Shown here in pieces: positions 61,420-64,000 of a DNA stretch of 64,000 nt (position 1 is its first letter; each line of letters opens with the position of its first letter). Source of the stretch: a virus (Duplodnaviria > Caudoviricetes); the IMG/VR virus record IMGVR_UViG_3300010362_000016, positions 1 to 64,000 of that record; one strand, given 5' to 3'. A model generated the notes under the pieces. The model did not search any database, was not told the DNA's origin, and worked only from the letters and a program-made list of their open reading frames with translations. A program made the position numbers and the translations under genes.

Positions 61420-64000
61420 TTATCTCCCTGGAGGGAAGCGGGCGCTGCGGAGGACAGTGGCCCGGACGGAGGTGCCTACGGCGTCGCGGTGGGCCTCGCC
61501 GATGGCTTTGTAAACCCGTTGTTCGGTCAGGACTGGATCGGTTCCACGGGCGTCGATGGACATGTAGTAAGTGTGGCCTAGCCCGCCGAGGCCTCGTTGG
61601 GTCATGGCGCTCGACAGGATGGTTCCCGAAACCTGAGGGATGAAGGCCTCCGGGCCTCTCTCGCCGACCAGATAGGCTCCTCCCGGGTAGACAGGTCCGC
61701 CCTCGGCCCTGGCTTTGGGACCTGCGCCCGCTCCCTGGGAAATAGCTCCCCCGATCACCACGGCAGCGGCGATTCCGGTGAGAAGCTGGCCGATGGCCGT
61801 TTGTGGGGTGTTGGGGCCCGACCCGGGCTGATCCCCACTGAGCATGCTGTTTTTCACGATCACCATGAAGGGGCTCTCCTCGGAACCGTTGGGATCTCCC
61901 GTCCGGATCGTCACCGTGAACGGATCGTCGCTCCTTCCCGTGGCGGGAGCCTTCCCGGCGGGAGTCCCGGGTGTGGTTCCGGAAGGACTTCCCGGAGTTC
62001 CCGTCCCCGTCCCCGTTCCCGTCTTGCCATGGGTTTTGTTGTAAATCTCCTCCAACTTTTTAATCAGCTTGTCCAACTCCTTCAACGCCAGGGCCCGGAC
62101 CAGCGACGCTCCCATCTCCTGGGCCATTTTCGCGAAGCTCACCTTCTGGCCAGTGATCAACTTCGCGAATTCATCCGCCACCCGACCGAGAGCGTCAGTC
62201 ATCGAGTCGTAAAGGATCTGCCCGAGTGACTTTTCCGTCGCACGGACCTCCAGAAAGAACGCCTCCAGTCCACTCCTCAGCGTCCCGACTTGCAGGGACA
62301 ACTGTTTTTGTTGCTCCAGCCGTTCCTTCTCTTTTTGTTGTAGAGCTACCTGGAGGTTGAGGTCGTCCTTGTGGAGTTGAAGCTGTTCCTTTAAATACTT
62401 AATCTCCTCATCAAGTCTCTCGATCCGGTCCCTGTGGGCGTTCCTGACGGCGATTGCGTCTGCTGCAACCTGCGCGGCATGCTCCGCTTCGTCTACCTCT
62501 TTTTGCTTATCGCCGCTGCCCTTCAGGTCCAAATTCATCTGCGCGTACTTGACCTCATTCCCGGCCTTCCGCATGGCCTCGGCTCCCTGAAGAGTCGCAG
62601 CGGTTACCGCCCGGATTACTTGCAGCCGGTCTTCTAACTTCTTATTTGATTCCGTGATTAACTTAGTTTCCTCCGCGCTGAATCGCATCCGCTCCAGCAT
62701 GATCAACAACATTGCTGCTTGCCAAGTGTTATGCAGCAGGATCTGCCGCTCCCGTTCCGCCTCCGCCGCCTTCCGTACCGCCGCCTCTCCCTCGCCAATC
62801 GCCGCCGTCAGAGCCTGCTCCATGGCGATCTGTTCCGCAAGCTTTTCAAGGCTCTGATCTATCTGCGATCTATATTCGGCTTCGAACGCCAGAGTGGCTG
62901 CATTTCTCACTCCCTGAATGTCAGCGGCATGCTTCGTCAGAAAGTCCGGGTCAGCGGCGTGGGATTTTATGAACTGAGCCACCTTACTTTCTACATTGAA
63001 TTCCTTCAGCGCTTCGTATCCCCTGCCAATCGAGGCCCCCAACCTATTAAATGAATCAACTTCCTGCTCCAACGCTTTCTTGGTTCTATCCGCCCCCTCC
63101 AGGAATGTCTTCTCTGTCTCCGCCTTGGTGATATCCACCAAAATCCCTTTTATTTCCTGCTCCTGCGACTCAGTCAACTTCTGTTTTGGCTTTAACCGCT
63201 TATTTAGCTCCTCAATCGCAATTGCGGCCAATCCCGCCGCCTTGGCCTGATCCATGAGCCCCTGATTTTTCCCAATCGCACTGATTTCCTGGTTCAGCAA
63301 CCCAAGCTGAGCCCTCAGGGCCGCAACCTTATCCGCGAATGGTTTTCCCAGGGCCCTGTTAGCCGCGTCTTCTTCTGCTTGCCGCTTCTTCGCGTCGTCC
63401 TCTTGAAGCCTTCCAGTCTCATACAACTCGTCCTTGAGGTCCTGGACTCTCTCCCGCGCCGCGTTCGCCAGAGCCAACCTCGCGGCTCTCTTCGCCGGAT
63501 CAATGTCCTGTGCAAATATCGTCCCCGCCCCAGCAGCCTTGGGCTTCTCGTTGATGATGTCCGTCAGGTCCTTTTCCTTTTGCTCAAGCAAGGCGTTCAT
63601 GTCCTGATTCGCCTTGTCATTAACCGTCTTGAGCATCGCAGCCGCAGCCGTCTGATCCGGCATCCGTAGAGCCTCTCGTTTGGCGGTCCTCTGCGTCTCC
63701 CTGATCTTGTCCATTGCCTGATTAAGAGCTTCCATGCCCTTGGTTATATCCTCAGTCCCGGCCACTCCCACAAAGTTCTGTTGCCACCAACCCGGCTGGT
63801 GCTCTTTCGCGAGCTTCGCCATCTCCGCAACTGACTTACTCAACGACTGCCACAATGTATCCGCGCTCTTAGCCGCCTCGTCGAGCGCCAGCTTCAAATT
63901 ATTAGTCCGCAGCCCCTGCAACTTCGCGACTTCGATTTCCGCTTTGTCTGCCGCGATCCTCAAGTCATCCGCAGCCACTGCTATTCCCAGGTTCCCTGGC
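61420..64000 (-). CDS. Tail tape measure protein (5' end outside window)
   Basis: Long helical A/E/K-rich ORF; RAEGGPV..G..YLVGERGPE C-terminal motif. Confidence 0.92.
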   Translation of the reverse strand, partial: PGNLGIAVAADDLRIAADKAEIEVAKLQGLRTNNLKLALDEAAKSADTLWQSLSKSVAEMAKLAKEHQPGWWQQNFVGVAGTEDITKGMEALNQAMDKIRETQRTAKREALRMPDQTAAAAMLKTVNDKANQDMNALLEQKEKDLTDIINEKPKAAGAGTIFAQDIDPAKRAARLALANAARERVQDLKDELYETGRLQEDDAKKRQAEEDAANRALGKPFADKVAALRAQLGLLNQEISAIGKNQGLMDQAKAAGLAAIAIEELNKRLKPKQKLTESQEQEIKGILVDITKAETEKTFLEGADRTKKALEQEVDSFNRLGASIGRGYEALKEFNVESKVAQFIKSHAADPDFLTKHAADIQGVRNAATLAFEAEYRSQIDQSLEKLAEQIAMEQALTAAIGEGEAAVRKAAEAERERQILLHNTWQAAMLLIMLERMRFSAEETKLITESNKKLEDRLQVIRAVTAATLQGAEAMRKAGNEVKYAQMNLDLKGSGDKQKEVDEAEHAAQVAADAIAVRNAHRDRIERLDEEIKYLKEQLQLHKDDLNLQVALQQKEKERLEQQKQLSLQVGTLRSGLEAFFLEVRATEKSLGQILYDSMTDALGRVADEFAKLITGQKVSFAKMAQEMGASLVRALALKELDKLIKKLEEIYNKTHGKTGTGTGTGTPGSPSGTTPGTPAGKAPATGRSDDPFTVTIRTGDPNGSEESPFMVIVKNSMLSGDQPGSGPNTPQTAIGQLLTGIAAAVVIGGAISQGAGAGPKARAEGGPVYPGGAYLVGERGPEAFIPQVSGTILSSAMTQRGLGGLGHTYYMSIDARGTDPVLTEQRVYKAIGEAHRDAVGTSVRATVLRSARFPPGR

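Larger units (their letters stand above)
1..64000. mobile_element. Temperate tailed phage genome segment (siphovirus-like), apparently unintegrated
   Basis: Tape measure, tail tip and fibre genes, integrase + excisionase, phage PolA/ThyX/helicases; no host housekeeping genes. Confidence 0.93.

Overview
The whole 64 kb window is phage DNA. It looks like part of a temperate, long-tailed (siphovirus-like) genome in unintegrated form, because an attP-like site has phage genes on both sides. No host genes, rRNA, full tRNA or CRISPR array were seen. Layout: (1) 1-15 kb, leftward: an array of about 40 small genes punctuated by 19 copies of one 29-30 bp sigma70 promoter (TTGACA-17/18-TATAGT-like). 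Its spacer is two tandem 8-bp ACGTACGT-like boxes, and 15 copies sit 6-7 nt before an ATG, which predicts leaderless mRNAs. (2) 15-27 kb, rightward: XRE regulator, D5-like helicase with an iteron-like origin, many hypotheticals, an ORF with an in-frame UGA followed by a SECIS-like hairpin, and a ribbon-helix-helix gene carrying the same promoter/operator. (3) A Crp/Fnr regulator and a pseudoknot-like non-coding element. (4) 29-45 kb: recombination/replication genes (Cas4-like nuclease, AAA ATPase, SSB-like, J-domain, vWA, PIF1-like helicase, YhaM-like HD, ThyX, UDG-fused family A polymerase with a Zn-finger thumb insertion), then excisionase, integrase and attP. (5) 46-64 kb, leftward: tail fibres, tail tip, distal tail and tape measure (truncated). 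An Acidobacteria-like host is inferred weakly. All domain calls come from motif recognition by eye; no database search was run.
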